A program made the position numbers and the translations under genes. A model generated the notes under the pieces. That model was given only the letters and a program-made list of their open reading frames with translations. It searched no databases and was not told the DNA's origin. A stretch of DNA of 63,518 nucleotides, counting the filler, from Thermoplasmatota archaeon (GTDB lineage Archaea; Thermoplasmatota; E2; JACPAO01; JAHFTW01), in assembly GCA_041623215.1 (NCBI GenBank). It is 13 parts of 13 records of this genome, joined end to end, with 100 filler letters (N's around TTAATTAATTAA, not from the genome) between each part and the next. Parts side by side here need not be neighbours in the genome. Positions count along the whole stretch, not along the records: positions 1 to 5,036 come from JBFJXH010000133.1; positions 5,137 to 10,080 come from JBFJXH010000134.1; 11 more parts are not named here. One strand, given 5' to 3'. This document shows, piece after piece, positions 1 through 8,832 of the stretch (the stretch's first letter is position 1; each line of letters opens with the position of its first letter).

Positions 1-479
1 ATGGTTTCAATGATGTCCAAGCCGGCATCCTTGGCCGCGATGCGAAGCGCCTCAAGGCCGGCTTGCAGCGGTTCGGGTTCGTCGGCGGATAGTTGCACCA
101 ACACCGCACTAGGGGCGTCCTCTTGGTTGATGCGCGCGTCGATGCGCCCGACAGTGGCACCGGCACTCCACACTGGGTGCAGCAAGGCCTGAATATTGGC
201 TTCAAAGACGTGGCCGGATAGGAGAACGGCGGCGCGCGCGGGCCCGCCTTCGCGATTGACGCGAAGGAGTCGGTGTTTGGCCGTGACATCGGCCAGCAAG
301 GCCACGAAGTCGCCCTCGTCGATGTCAATGCCAAACAGGACAGGTAGCCGGCCATCCACCTCCTTTTCGTGCCGGTGCAGGACGCTGATGACGTTGCCTC
401 CGTGGTCGGCGATGACGCCTAGGACGCGCTGGAGTTGACCCGGCGCGTCGGGCAGTTCCACTTCGAATTCGACCTTCAT
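1..479 (-). CDS. ACT-domain protein, archaeal homoserine dehydrogenase-associated regulator type (3' end runs off window)
   Basis: Translated manually, absent from ORF track: MKVEFEVELPDAPGQLQRVLGVIADHGGNVISVLH... has the ACT signature LPDxPGxL...GGNV. ATG overlaps the thrC stop (ATGA). Confidence 0.85.
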   Translation of the reverse strand, partial: MKVEFEVELPDAPGQLQRVLGVIADHGGNVISVLHRHEKEVDGRLPVLFGIDIDEGDFVALLADVTAKHRLLRVNREGGPARAAVLLSGHVFEANIQALLHPVWSAGATVGRIDARINQEDAPSAVLVQLSADEPEPLQAGLEALRIAAKDAGLDIIET

Positions 480-1705
480 TTCATTGCCTCTAGGATTGCT
501 TGTTCGTTGCAGGCGACGCGTGTCATGCTGCCGCCGATGCGCTCGCCGGCGCTGGGGTCCTTGAGTCCATGGCCCGTGAGGACACAAACCACGTCTTCGT
601 CGGCGTCGATGTGGCCGTCGGCTGCTAGTTGGGCCAAGCCGGCCACGCTGGCTGCGCTGGCGGGTTCGCAAAAGACGCCTTCGCGGGCTAAGCGCCCTTG
701 CCAGGTGGAGATTTGTTCGTCGGTGACGGCGGTGGCCGTGCCGTTGGTTTCGCGAATGGCGCGAACGGCCTTGACGGCGGAGACCGGTTTGCCGATGCGA
801 ATGGCGGTGGCGATGGTTTCCGGGTTAGCGACGGGGGTTTCCCTCTCGGCGCCGGCTTGGATGGCTTGGGTGATGGGGGCTGCACCGGCTGCCTGACTGC
901 CGGTGAGGCGCGGGACGTCATCGCCCAGCAGGCCGTCCCGTTGCCATTCTAGGATGGCCTTGTGGGCGGCGCTAATGTTGCCAGCGTTGCCGACCGGGTA
1001 CACGACGCGGTCGGGGGCGGCTTGGGCGATGGCGTCGACGGGCGCGGCGGGGCCGGCGCATTGATCCAAGATTTCCCACATCAGCGTTTTTTGGCCTTCG
1101 AGTCGAATGGGGTTCTTGCTATTGAGAAGTGCAACGTGACCATCTTTGGCGAGGTTGGCGACGGCGGCCATCGCATCGTCGAAGTTGCCTTCAACTTCCA
1201 GCACGTTGGCGCCGTGCGCGAGTGATTGAGCGACTTTGCCGATGGCAACTTGGCCCGCGGGTAAGAGAACGACACCGTGGACTCCGGCTCGTCCGGCGTA
1301 GGCAGCCATACTGGCGGCCGTATTGCCGGTGCTGGCACAGCCAAGGACCGTGGCGCCTTGGCCGACGGCCCAACTGACGGCGGCGGTCATGCCGCGGTCT
1401 TTGAACGAGCCGGTAGGGTTCGCGCCTTCGAATTTGACCCGCAGACGCTTGACACCAATTTGTTGGGCCAGACGCGGCAAGTCAAGAAGGGGGGTGCCGC
1501 CCTCGCTGAGGCTGATTGGTTCTTGGTCGGCGTGATGGGGCAGCCATTCTTTGTAGCGCCAGACACCAAGCGGCCGGTCGCGCCAGCCCGCAGCCGGCGT
1601 AATGGGTCCAAGGTCTACCGTGAGCAGGCCGCCGCAAGCATCGCAGCCGCAATGGGGCTGCATGGCGGGCGCATGGTGGCCGCAGTCAAGGCAGTCAAAG
1701 CGCAT
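476..1705 (-). CDS. thrC: threonine synthase
   Basis: N-terminal CxxC...CxxC, SLSEGGTP, PLP lysine motif NPTGSFKDRG, CASTGNT, EPASAAS, VCVLTGHGLKD. Start at MRFDC. Confidence 0.95.
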   Translation of the reverse strand: MRFDCLDCGHHAPAMQPHCGCDACGGLLTVDLGPITPAAGWRDRPLGVWRYKEWLPHHADQEPISLSEGGTPLLDLPRLAQQIGVKRLRVKFEGANPTGSFKDRGMTAAVSWAVGQGATVLGCASTGNTAASMAAYAGRAGVHGVVLLPAGQVAIGKVAQSLAHGANVLEVEGNFDDAMAAVANLAKDGHVALLNSKNPIRLEGQKTLMWEILDQCAGPAAPVDAIAQAAPDRVVYPVGNAGNISAAHKAILEWQRDGLLGDDVPRLTGSQAAGAAPITQAIQAGAERETPVANPETIATAIRIGKPVSAVKAVRAIRETNGTATAVTDEQISTWQGRLAREGVFCEPASAASVAGLAQLAADGHIDADEDVVCVLTGHGLKDPSAGERIGGSMTRVACNEQAILEAMK

Positions 1706-2633
1706 GGGGGACTCCGAGTTCGGGTTTAGCAACAAAAGCCTCCGCTTCGATGTCGCAAGCTTGCGTTGCTTCGCGCATGGCGTTGGCCGCTTGGCTCGCG
1801 ATGGCGGGGTCGTCGGCGACGGCGATAAGCGCGGGCCCGCTGCCGGAGATGCACGCCCCGTAGGCACCGGCATCTAAGGCAGCTTGGCGAGCAGGGCGGA
1901 AGTGGGGCATGCGGGGGGAGCGATAGGGTGTGTGCAAGCGGTCGTCAAGGCATTGGCCAAGCGCTTGGACGTCGCCGGTGTGACAAGCATGGACGAGGCC
2001 CACGAGGCGGGCGGCGTTCCACAAGACATCCTGGCGTGGCCAAGCCTTGGGCAGCAGGCGGCGCATGTCCGGCGTTGACAAGGCTAGGTCGGGGGCCAGC
2101 ATCGCCAGGTGCAAAGTGCTGGGGGGGTCGAGGCGCTGGTAGCTGTGGGTGCCGGCGGATTCCAGGGGGGTCACGAGGGCGATGCCGCCAAGCACCACGG
2201 CGGCCACGTCGTCCGGGTTGCCGCCCCCGGCAGCTTGCTCACCTTCATACGCCGCCTCGATGAGGTTCGTGGGCGTCAGGTCGGCCGCATTCGTAAGGCG
2301 GCGGTAAGCCAAGGCTATGCCACCGGCGGATGAGGCGGAGGAGCCGAGCCCCGAACAGCCGGGCCGAGGTTTGTCCAGGGTGATGTGGTAACAAGCTTGG
2401 TCTCCGGTTTGCTTGCGCAGTGCGTCTACCGCGATGCCGGCGACGTTGTCGTGCCAGCCGCTTGGCAGGCCGTGCGCGCCGGGTCCCGTCACGGCGATGC
2501 TGTCCTGGGTGGCTTGCTCGATGGTGATGGTGTCGCCGATGTCGGCCACGGCTAGGCTCAAAACGTCGAAGCCAGGCCCAAAGTTGCCCACGGTCCCCGC
2601 CGCTTGCAAGGTGAGGGCACCACCGGAGTCCAT
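1695..2633 (-). CDS. thrB: homoserine kinase (GHMP family)
   Basis: GNFGPGFDVL, PGCSGLGSSASS and ISGSGPA motifs; overlaps thrC. Confidence 0.93.
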   Translation of the reverse strand: MDSGGALTLQAAGTVGNFGPGFDVLSLAVADIGDTITIEQATQDSIAVTGPGAHGLPSGWHDNVAGIAVDALRKQTGDQACYHITLDKPRPGCSGLGSSASSAGGIALAYRRLTNAADLTPTNLIEAAYEGEQAAGGGNPDDVAAVVLGGIALVTPLESAGTHSYQRLDPPSTLHLAMLAPDLALSTPDMRRLLPKAWPRQDVLWNAARLVGLVHACHTGDVQALGQCLDDRLHTPYRSPRMPHFRPARQAALDAGAYGACISGSGPALIAVADDPAIASQAANAMREATQACDIEAEAFVAKPELGVPHAL

Positions 2634-2734
2634 GCGCAAGCAGGTTGAGAGTGCCATGAAAAGGAGGCGGTCTGCGCAAACCGTTCCATCCCCTCTCCAC
2701 ACCCTTCAAATGCGATGAGAGTCGAGATTTTACT

Positions 2735-2908
2735 ATGGGCCTCATGACCCGCGCCGCATGGAAGGCAAGCAAGCTCACCGTCAAGTACGTCGTCGTGCCC
2801 ATCGCGTTGACTGCCTTCTGGGCCGCCATGGCTGAAAAGGCACAAGAAGCGATGCAAGAACGGCACGCCAACGGCGCCATTGACCCGGCGCTTCGACCGG
2901 CACCCTAG
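2735..2908 (+). CDS. small hypothetical protein, 57 aa, one hydrophobic segment
   Basis: Manual ORF MGLMTRAAWKASKLTVKYVVVPIALTAFWAAMAEKAQ...PAP*; TATA-like CCTTCAAAT about 25 nt upstream; fills the intergenic gap. Confidence 0.6.
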   Translation: MGLMTRAAWKASKLTVKYVVVPIALTAFWAAMAEKAQEAMQERHANGAIDPALRPAP

Positions 2909-3003
2909 CCAAGCGACGCCCTGCCACTGACGTGCGACGAGGGGCAGCGCGCCCCGGTTGCTTCCCGGCACCCTAATAGAAGGACGGCAGCGTCCGCGCC
3001 GCC

Positions 3004-4185
3004 GTGTCCGTTGACTTCGACCTGACACCGGAGCAGGAACTCATCCGGGAAACCACGCGTGCCTGGGTGCGTGAACACGTCAATCCCTTCGTTCGCGACT
3101 GGGAACGCGCCGGCGACCACCCGCACGACATTTACGACAAAATGGCGGCCCAAGGCATGCTGGGCGCCTCCCTGCCCGCCACGTATGGGGGCAGCGAACT
3201 GGACGCCATCGCCTACGCCGTTTTGACCGAAGAACTAGCCAAAGGCTGCTCGTCGCTTCGCACCAGCATCAGTGTCCACTTGTCCCTGTGCGGAACGACC
3301 CTGAAGTACTTCGGATCGGACGAACAAAAACAACGCTTCCTGCCCGACATGGCGACCGGGAAGACGCTAGGCGCCTGGGCCCTGACCGAACCGGGGTCCG
3401 GCTCGGACGCAGCCGGCATGCAAACCACGGCGCGCCGCGACGGCGACGACTACATCCTCAACGGCTCCAAGGCGTGGATTTCCAATGGCGGCGTCGCCGA
3501 CCACATCATCGTATACGCCAAAACCAACCCGGAACTCCGCCACCGCGGCATCTCCTGCTTCATCGTCGAAAAAGGCACACCCGGCTTCGAAGTTTCCGGC
3601 GTCGAAACCAACAACAAACTCGGCCTTCGCTCCTCACCCACCGCGAGCCTATCCTTTTCGGATTGCCGCATCCCCGCCGCCAACTTGATTGGCGAAGAAG
3701 GCGACGGCTGGAAGAACGCCATGTTCGTCCTCAACCACGGCCGCCTGTCCGTGGCCGCCGGCGGCGTCGGCATCGCCCAAGCCGCCTACGAAGCAAGCCT
3801 CGACTACTGCATGGAGCGCGAAGCCTTCGGCCGACCCATTGGCAAATTCCAACTCGTCCAAGCCATGATTGCCGACATGGACGTGCAAATCGCCGCCGCA
3901 CGAAACCTCGTCTGGCAAGCCGCCCGCATGCGCGAAAAATACGACGCCGGTGACTGCACGTACGACGACTGGACCCTCGCCGTCAGCCGCGCCAAACTCT
4001 TCGCCGCCGAAATGAGCGTCAAAGTATGCGAAGACGCCATCCAAGTCCACGGGGCCAACGGCTACACCGACGACTACCCCGTCGAACGCTACTGGCGCGA
4101 CTCCAAAGTGCTCGGCATCTACGAAGGCACCAACCAAATTCAGCGCCTGATTATTGGACGCATGGTGACCGGCGCAAGGGCCTAA
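3004..4185 (+). CDS. acyl-CoA dehydrogenase
   Basis: WALTEPGSGSD, LNGSKAWISNG, KLGLRSSPT, REAFGRPI, HGANGY, IYEGTNQIQR. Confidence 0.95.
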   Translation: MSVDFDLTPEQELIRETTRAWVREHVNPFVRDWERAGDHPHDIYDKMAAQGMLGASLPATYGGSELDAIAYAVLTEELAKGCSSLRTSISVHLSLCGTTLKYFGSDEQKQRFLPDMATGKTLGAWALTEPGSGSDAAGMQTTARRDGDDYILNGSKAWISNGGVADHIIVYAKTNPELRHRGISCFIVEKGTPGFEVSGVETNNKLGLRSSPTASLSFSDCRIPAANLIGEEGDGWKNAMFVLNHGRLSVAAGGVGIAQAAYEASLDYCMEREAFGRPIGKFQLVQAMIADMDVQIAAARNLVWQAARMREKYDAGDCTYDDWTLAVSRAKLFAAEMSVKVCEDAIQVHGANGYTDDYPVERYWRDSKVLGIYEGTNQIQRLIIGRMVTGARA

Positions 4186-4324
4186 GGCGCGCGGTATATC
4201 CACCCAAGGCCAAGATTTGTGCCGGAAGGGCGGCGGTGTATCCCGCCTTGGACTGCAACAGAGGAAGCCGCGAAGTTGCTCATGGGTTTCCGGTGAATAA
4301 CAAGTTAGCCCTCGCCGGGTTCGG

Positions 4325-5035
4325 CTACAGGTCCCACGCCCGATCCTTGGCTGCTTCGATGAGCATGGCAAATCGATGCCGATCATCGTCCGTCAAACGC
4401 TTCTCGGCGGCGAGCGCCTGGACGAGTTTGGCGTGTTCGCCGGCGTCGAGTCGACTGTCGCGAAGGCTCAGGGTCGTCAGGGCGAGCAACTCGGCGCTCG
4501 CCCGGCCTGCGACTGGCTCGAGTACATCTGTTTGAATGGCGGCGACGAAGCGTCGGATTCGCTCCTCAACCAATTGGACTTGCCCTTCATTCAGGCGGCC
4601 ACGGATGAGGCGTTGGTTGAGGTCTCGGCGCATCGCAGCCAACGCTTGTAACGCGGCCTTGGGGTCCTCTTCAGCCAAGACCCTCATTTCGCGCAGGCGC
4701 CGCAGTTCCCGCTTGATGCGCACACGTCCAAGTCGACGAGAAAGGTAGGCAACGATGGCACCCAGCAGCGTGACCATCAAACCAACGACGAATAGGGACA
4801 CTTCCTGGTTTTCCTTGCTAAAGCGCTCTTGCAACCACGTCTCGGGGTCGTCCGGTTTGCCGCCCACATCAAAACTCACGGTTCGGCTGCTGGTCGTCCC
4901 GTCGAGGAAGACAGCCGTGAACGTGGCATGTTTTTGGCCGCTTTCGCGGTAGGTGTGATTGAACGCGAAAACCGGGCTGGTCGTGTTGTTTCGGGTGATG
5001 GTTCCGTCCCCCCAGTCGGCAACGATTTCGACGAG
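4325..5035 (-). CDS. membrane-anchored protein, C-terminal part (PKD-like domain, TM helix, cytoplasmic helical domain); 5' truncated
   Basis: Frame is open to the contig edge: ...ADWGDG...FNHTYRESG (PKD-like), then TM VSLFVVGLMVTLLGAIVAYL followed by SRR. Confidence 0.7.
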   Translation of the reverse strand, partial: LVEIVADWGDGTITRNNTTSPVFAFNHTYRESGQKHATFTAVFLDGTTSSRTVSFDVGGKPDDPETWLQERFSKENQEVSLFVVGLMVTLLGAIVAYLSRRLGRVRIKRELRRLREMRVLAEEDPKAALQALAAMRRDLNQRLIRGRLNEGQVQLVEERIRRFVAAIQTDVLEPVAGRASAELLALTTLSLRDSRLDAGEHAKLVQALAAEKRLTDDDRHRFAMLIEAAKDRAWDL

Positions 5036-5036
5036 G

Positions 5037-5136
5037 NNNNNNNNNNNNNNNNNNNNNNNNNNNNNNNNNNNNNNNNNNNNTTAATTAATTAANNNNNNNN
5101 NNNNNNNNNNNNNNNNNNNNNNNNNNNNNNNNNNNN
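5037..5136. other. artificial contig spacer (N44-TTAATTAATTAA-N44), first of 12
   Basis: Equivalent 100-nt spacers at 10081-10180, 15090-15189, 20081-20180, 25025-25124, 29943-30042, 34797-34896, 39642-39741, 44478-44577, 49308-49407, 54051-54150 and 58789-58888. Contig lengths decrease monotonically. Confidence 0.99.
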
Positions 5137-6120
5137 GCACTTGTGGAAGTTGCCGAGCGTGCGTTGGCCCACACGCAAAAGGACGAACTAGTCTTGGGTG
5201 GCGGCGTGGCGTGCAACGCCCGCCTGCAACAAATGGCCCGTATGATGTGCGAGGACCGCGGCGCTGACTTCTATTGCCCGCCCCGGCCTGTGCTCATTGA
5301 CAATGGCGCCATGATTGCTTGGAACGGCGTCTTGCTGGCCCAGGCCGGTGCTCATACGCCCGTTGAACAGTCGGCCGTGGATGCCCACTGGCGTACGGAA
5401 CAGGTGGATGCCGTCTGGCGCCAAGGGGGCCTGGGTGACCCGAGCGGCTCGCAAGCGGCCGCCCTCGCTGTAGGCGCAGATGCTGGTTCCCACGACTTTG
5501 TCCCCATTCGAGGAGCAGAGGCGACCGTGTCATCGGCCCGCTTCCTCGGCCGCGACGCAGTGGTGAAGACGCGAGAACCCAAGCGCTACCGAGACCCCCG
5601 CCTGGATGAGCGGATTCGGGGCGAGCGGTGCCGCGACGAAGCAAACCTGTTGCTGGCCTGCCGCAATGCCGGCGTCGCCGCGCCCGTAGTCCTTGACGCC
5701 GATTTATCCGGCGCAGCCATCCGAATGTCGCGCATCCGTGGCGAGCCGCTGCGAACGGTACTCGCCGCGCGGGCAACCGTTGACCAGGCATCGGTCCACC
5801 TGGCCCAGCTTGGGCATGGTGTGGCGCGCCTCCATGACGCGGGCCTGACGCACGGCGACCTTACCACCAGCAATGTGCTCGTGGACGGCGGCGGCGACTT
5901 GGTCTTCATTGATTTCGGCCTTGGCCAATTCAGTCAGGAGGACGAGCCCCGGGGCGTGGACCTCCACCTGGTGGAGGAGGCGCTTTCAGCCACGCACGAG
6001 CAATCGGCCGTCCTGTTCGAGACATTCCTGGACGCCTACCGGGAGGCCCGCCAAGACGGCAAGGCAGAGGCGGCCGTAACCAGACTTGAAGACATCCGCC
6101 AGCGTGGCCGCTACCGATGA
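5137..6120 (+). CDS. kae1-bud32: fused Kae1-Bud32 KEOPS protein (t6A synthesis), 5' truncated
   Basis: Kae1 C-terminus (EVAERALAH, GGGVACNARL, IDNGAMIAW) fused to a Bud32 kinase (GAEA, KTREPKRYR, HGDLTTSN, IDFGL, RGRY end). Confidence 0.95.
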   Translation, partial: ALVEVAERALAHTQKDELVLGGGVACNARLQQMARMMCEDRGADFYCPPRPVLIDNGAMIAWNGVLLAQAGAHTPVEQSAVDAHWRTEQVDAVWRQGGLGDPSGSQAAALAVGADAGSHDFVPIRGAEATVSSARFLGRDAVVKTREPKRYRDPRLDERIRGERCRDEANLLLACRNAGVAAPVVLDADLSGAAIRMSRIRGEPLRTVLAARATVDQASVHLAQLGHGVARLHDAGLTHGDLTTSNVLVDGGGDLVFIDFGLGQFSQEDEPRGVDLHLVEEALSATHEQSAVLFETFLDAYREARQDGKAEAAVTRLEDIRQRGRYR

Positions 6121-6719
6121 CCTCCGCCAGCCCCCTCACCTTCATCACAGGCAACCCTGGCAAAGTGGCGGAGCTGCGGCACGCTCTACAGGACCTCGGG
6201 GTGGACGTTCAGCAGGCCAACCACGGCTACCCTGAGATTCAAGCCGACACGCTCGAAGAGGTAGCTCGCGCCGGCGCCCAGCATTTGCTTCAGCAAGGCG
6301 TCGATGTACCCTTCGTCTTGGAGGACGCAGGCCTCTTTGTTACAGCTCTCGCCGGGTTTCCGGGTGTGTACAGCGCCTACGCCAACCAGACCGTTGGCTG
6401 CCAGGGCATTCTAGACATGCTGCGGGACACCGAGGCCGAAATGCGAACGGCGGCCTTCCAAGCATGTCTGACCTACGTGGACGAAGACCAAGCCATCCAC
6501 TGCTTCACTGGTGTTTGCAAGGGGGTCATCAGTGAAAGGATGCTTGGCGAGGGCGGATTCGGCTTCGACCCCATCTTCGTGCCCGACAGCGCTGGTGAGG
6601 ATGCGCGCGGCCAGACCTTTGCGCAAATGAGCCCCGCGGCCAAGGACGCCGTGAGCCACCGCGGCCGCGCAGCGGCCAAATTAGCCGCTTTTTTGGCGGG
6701 CCGAACGGCAAAGGCATAA
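6117..6719 (+). CDS. rdgB: XTP/dITP diphosphatase (Ham1/RdgB)
   Basis: TGNPGK, EDAGL, FPGVYS, GFGFDPIF, SHRGRA. Confidence 0.95.
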   Translation: MTSASPLTFITGNPGKVAELRHALQDLGVDVQQANHGYPEIQADTLEEVARAGAQHLLQQGVDVPFVLEDAGLFVTALAGFPGVYSAYANQTVGCQGILDMLRDTEAEMRTAAFQACLTYVDEDQAIHCFTGVCKGVISERMLGEGGFGFDPIFVPDSAGEDARGQTFAQMSPAAKDAVSHRGRAAAKLAAFLAGRTAKA

Positions 6720-6744
6720 AATCGGAACCCTTGGCCGACCTGAA

Positions 6745-8178
6745 ATGGCCCGCTTATCGGCTCGATTATGGATCGGCACCAGCCTCTTTTTGGTCGCGCT
6801 GTTGGCGACGGAAGCCTTCCTGTTCCTTCTCTTTGCAAACGACCGAGGTGCCCGCGGCGGCGTCCTCGAAGAACTGCCTGTGGTAGGCATCCTGTTGGCT
6901 GTCCTGCTGACCCTCATCGCGGTGGTCCTGCTCGTTTTCATCATCCTTTGGTTCAAGCGCGACGCCGAGACCGACGACGCCGAGGACGGCGACCAGCCGT
7001 TCTTCATCCCAGACGAAGAGCACTACCAGCACTTGCAGGACTGGGATGAGGAAGTTCCCGGCACCACCGTCGAGTTCGAGGAAGCTCACGGTGTCATGGG
7101 GGCAGATAGTAACGCGGCTATGACCTACGATGCCGAGCCTGTTGGCGAGCCGGTGACCGACCCCAGTGGCAGCAGCGCCGTGACCACAACCACGACCACC
7201 ACGACCACGACCACCTACGAAGAGCCCGCTTGGATTCCAACCGATGGCCACCATATTGGCGGCGGCATGGCCACCTACGAGCTCAAGGCCATGCCAATTG
7301 CCCGCAAGTCGTGGGGCAAGACCCAGCAAACCAACGAGGGCCCGGTGCATCCCTTCTTCTTCCCGCGTGCCGTTGACCAGGGCATCTACGTCAACGACTA
7401 CGTCGAGATTGGCGGTGCGGCGCGCCTGAAGCTCCGTACGCTCCTCGCGGGCAGCGCCGACATCGGCGTTGACATCAAGCGCCCGGCGCCGGCGGCCAAG
7501 CCCGCGGCCGCGCCGGCAACCACGGTCACCGAAACGGTGGTCACTTCGTCCGCTGAAGCGGCCGTTCCACCGCCGCCCCGCCTGACCCCCGAAAGTCGCA
7601 TTCCCGAAGCGCCTGCCCCCGAAGCGGCAACCGCAGCGTCCCTCGCGTCGGCTGAGCCCCGTGTGATGGAGGCGGAGGTCATCGAAGACGAAACCGTCGA
7701 AACGACGGAAATCAAGGACGATGGCTCCACCAGCACGACCGTCGTCTCAACAACGCGTACCGTCGGCAAGGACCCCGATTCATTCTATGACTTCCCGGGT
7801 GACGACAAGGACATCCAGGACCTCCAGGGGCTAGGGCCTACCAACGCCCGCAAACTGCGCGGCGTCGGCGTTCATACCACCGCTCGCCTCATGTTTGAGG
7901 ATCCGGCGCGGTTGGCCGCCGTAAGCGGCATCGCTGAAGCCAAGGTCCGCCGCTGGCAAGCCATGGCCGAGTTGGAGAAGGTCAATGGCATTGGCCCCGT
8001 ATATGCCTACGAGTTGGCCCAAGCTGGCATCACCGGCGTGGACGAGCTGAAGAAGCGAAGCGCCGAAACGCTTGCCACGCAGGTTGAGGATGTGGGCATC
8101 AGTGCCAAGCGGATTCAAACCTGGCAAGAAGCGGCCAAGGCCATGCGCCGTTCGCGGCAAAAGGTCCCACAAAAGTAG
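6745..8178 (+). CDS. membrane protein: two N-terminal TMs, acidic/Thr/Pro-rich linker, C-terminal tandem helix-hairpin-helix (DUF4332-like) domain
   Basis: Two hydrophobic helices, then low-complexity sequence, then DLQGLGPTNARKL and KVNGIGPVYAYELAQAGI HhH motifs. Confidence 0.8.
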   Translation: MARLSARLWIGTSLFLVALLATEAFLFLLFANDRGARGGVLEELPVVGILLAVLLTLIAVVLLVFIILWFKRDAETDDAEDGDQPFFIPDEEHYQHLQDWDEEVPGTTVEFEEAHGVMGADSNAAMTYDAEPVGEPVTDPSGSSAVTTTTTTTTTTTYEEPAWIPTDGHHIGGGMATYELKAMPIARKSWGKTQQTNEGPVHPFFFPRAVDQGIYVNDYVEIGGAARLKLRTLLAGSADIGVDIKRPAPAAKPAAAPATTVTETVVTSSAEAAVPPPPRLTPESRIPEAPAPEAATAASLASAEPRVMEAEVIEDETVETTEIKDDGSTSTTVVSTTRTVGKDPDSFYDFPGDDKDIQDLQGLGPTNARKLRGVGVHTTARLMFEDPARLAAVSGIAEAKVRRWQAMAELEKVNGIGPVYAYELAQAGITGVDELKKRSAETLATQVEDVGISAKRIQTWQEAAKAMRRSRQKVPQK

Positions 8179-8244
8179 CCTCTTCGCCCGTAAGGCGGGC
8201 TTCCTGCTCCGAAGCCTTCATATCCTGGTCCAAGTGGGCCGGCC

Positions 8245-8298
8245 TTAGACGGTGTTCCCGTGACCGACAGGGACGGGCGCGCCGATCGGAAGTGAACC
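8245..8298 (+). promoter_or_regulatory. candidate structured 5' leader of rps15
   Basis: TATA-like CCTTCATAT at about 8215 implies a leader of roughly 50 nt; TTCC...GGAA and CCCGT/ACGGG pairings are possible. Inference. Confidence 0.35.
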
Positions 8299-8754
8299 AT
8301 GGCTCGTATGCATGCCCGCCGCCGAGGATCGAGCGGCTCCGTGAAGCCCGTATTGGACAGCGCCCCTGAGTGGGTTCCCATGCTCCCGCGTGAAGTGGAA
8401 GCCAAAATTGTGGAACTCGGCAAGGCTGGCGTCCAACCCGCCGTCATCGGCGTAACCCTCCGCGACGCCTACGGTGTCCCCAACGTAAACCTCGTGACCG
8501 GCAAGTCCGTCACCCAAATCCTTACCGAAGGTGGCGTCGAAGAGCGCGTCCCGGTGGACCTCAAGAACCTCATCAACCGGGCCATCGGCTTGCTTGAGCA
8601 CTTGCAGTCCAACCGCAAGGACCTGCACAACCGCCGCGGCCTGGAACTCATTGAGGCCCGCATTCGCCGCCTCGCCCGGTATTACAAGAAGACCGGCGCC
8701 CTGCCGGCGGAATGGAAATACACGCGCGCCGGCGCTCGCCTTCTGGTCGACTAA
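8299..8754 (+). CDS. rps15: 30S ribosomal protein S15P/S13e (uS15)
   Basis: MARMHARRRGSSGS..., LRDAYGVP, HLQSNRKDLHNRRGLELIEARIRRLARYYK. Confidence 0.98.
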   Translation: MARMHARRRGSSGSVKPVLDSAPEWVPMLPREVEAKIVELGKAGVQPAVIGVTLRDAYGVPNVNLVTGKSVTQILTEGGVEERVPVDLKNLINRAIGLLEHLQSNRKDLHNRRGLELIEARIRRLARYYKKTGALPAEWKYTRAGARLLVD

Positions 8755-8832
8755 GTAACGACGGGCGGGGCCGCCTCTGGGCTGGCCCCTGCGCGCCGCA
8801 AGCCTCATCCCCTTTCCCTTCACCCCCCTTTT

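Noticed and set aside
4186..4324. GCGGT(A/G)TATCC direct repeat and hairpin between convergent genes as an ncRNA
   Set aside because: Only two short copies; adequately explained by chance or a terminator.
5037..5136. Regularly recurring TTAATTAATTAA palindrome as a biological repeat or CRISPR
   Set aside because: Always embedded in N runs; it is an artificial stop-codon linker between contigs.
7181..7216. ACC/ACG trinucleotide run as a VNTR or array
   Set aside because: It encodes a poly-Thr linker with mixed codons inside a CDS.
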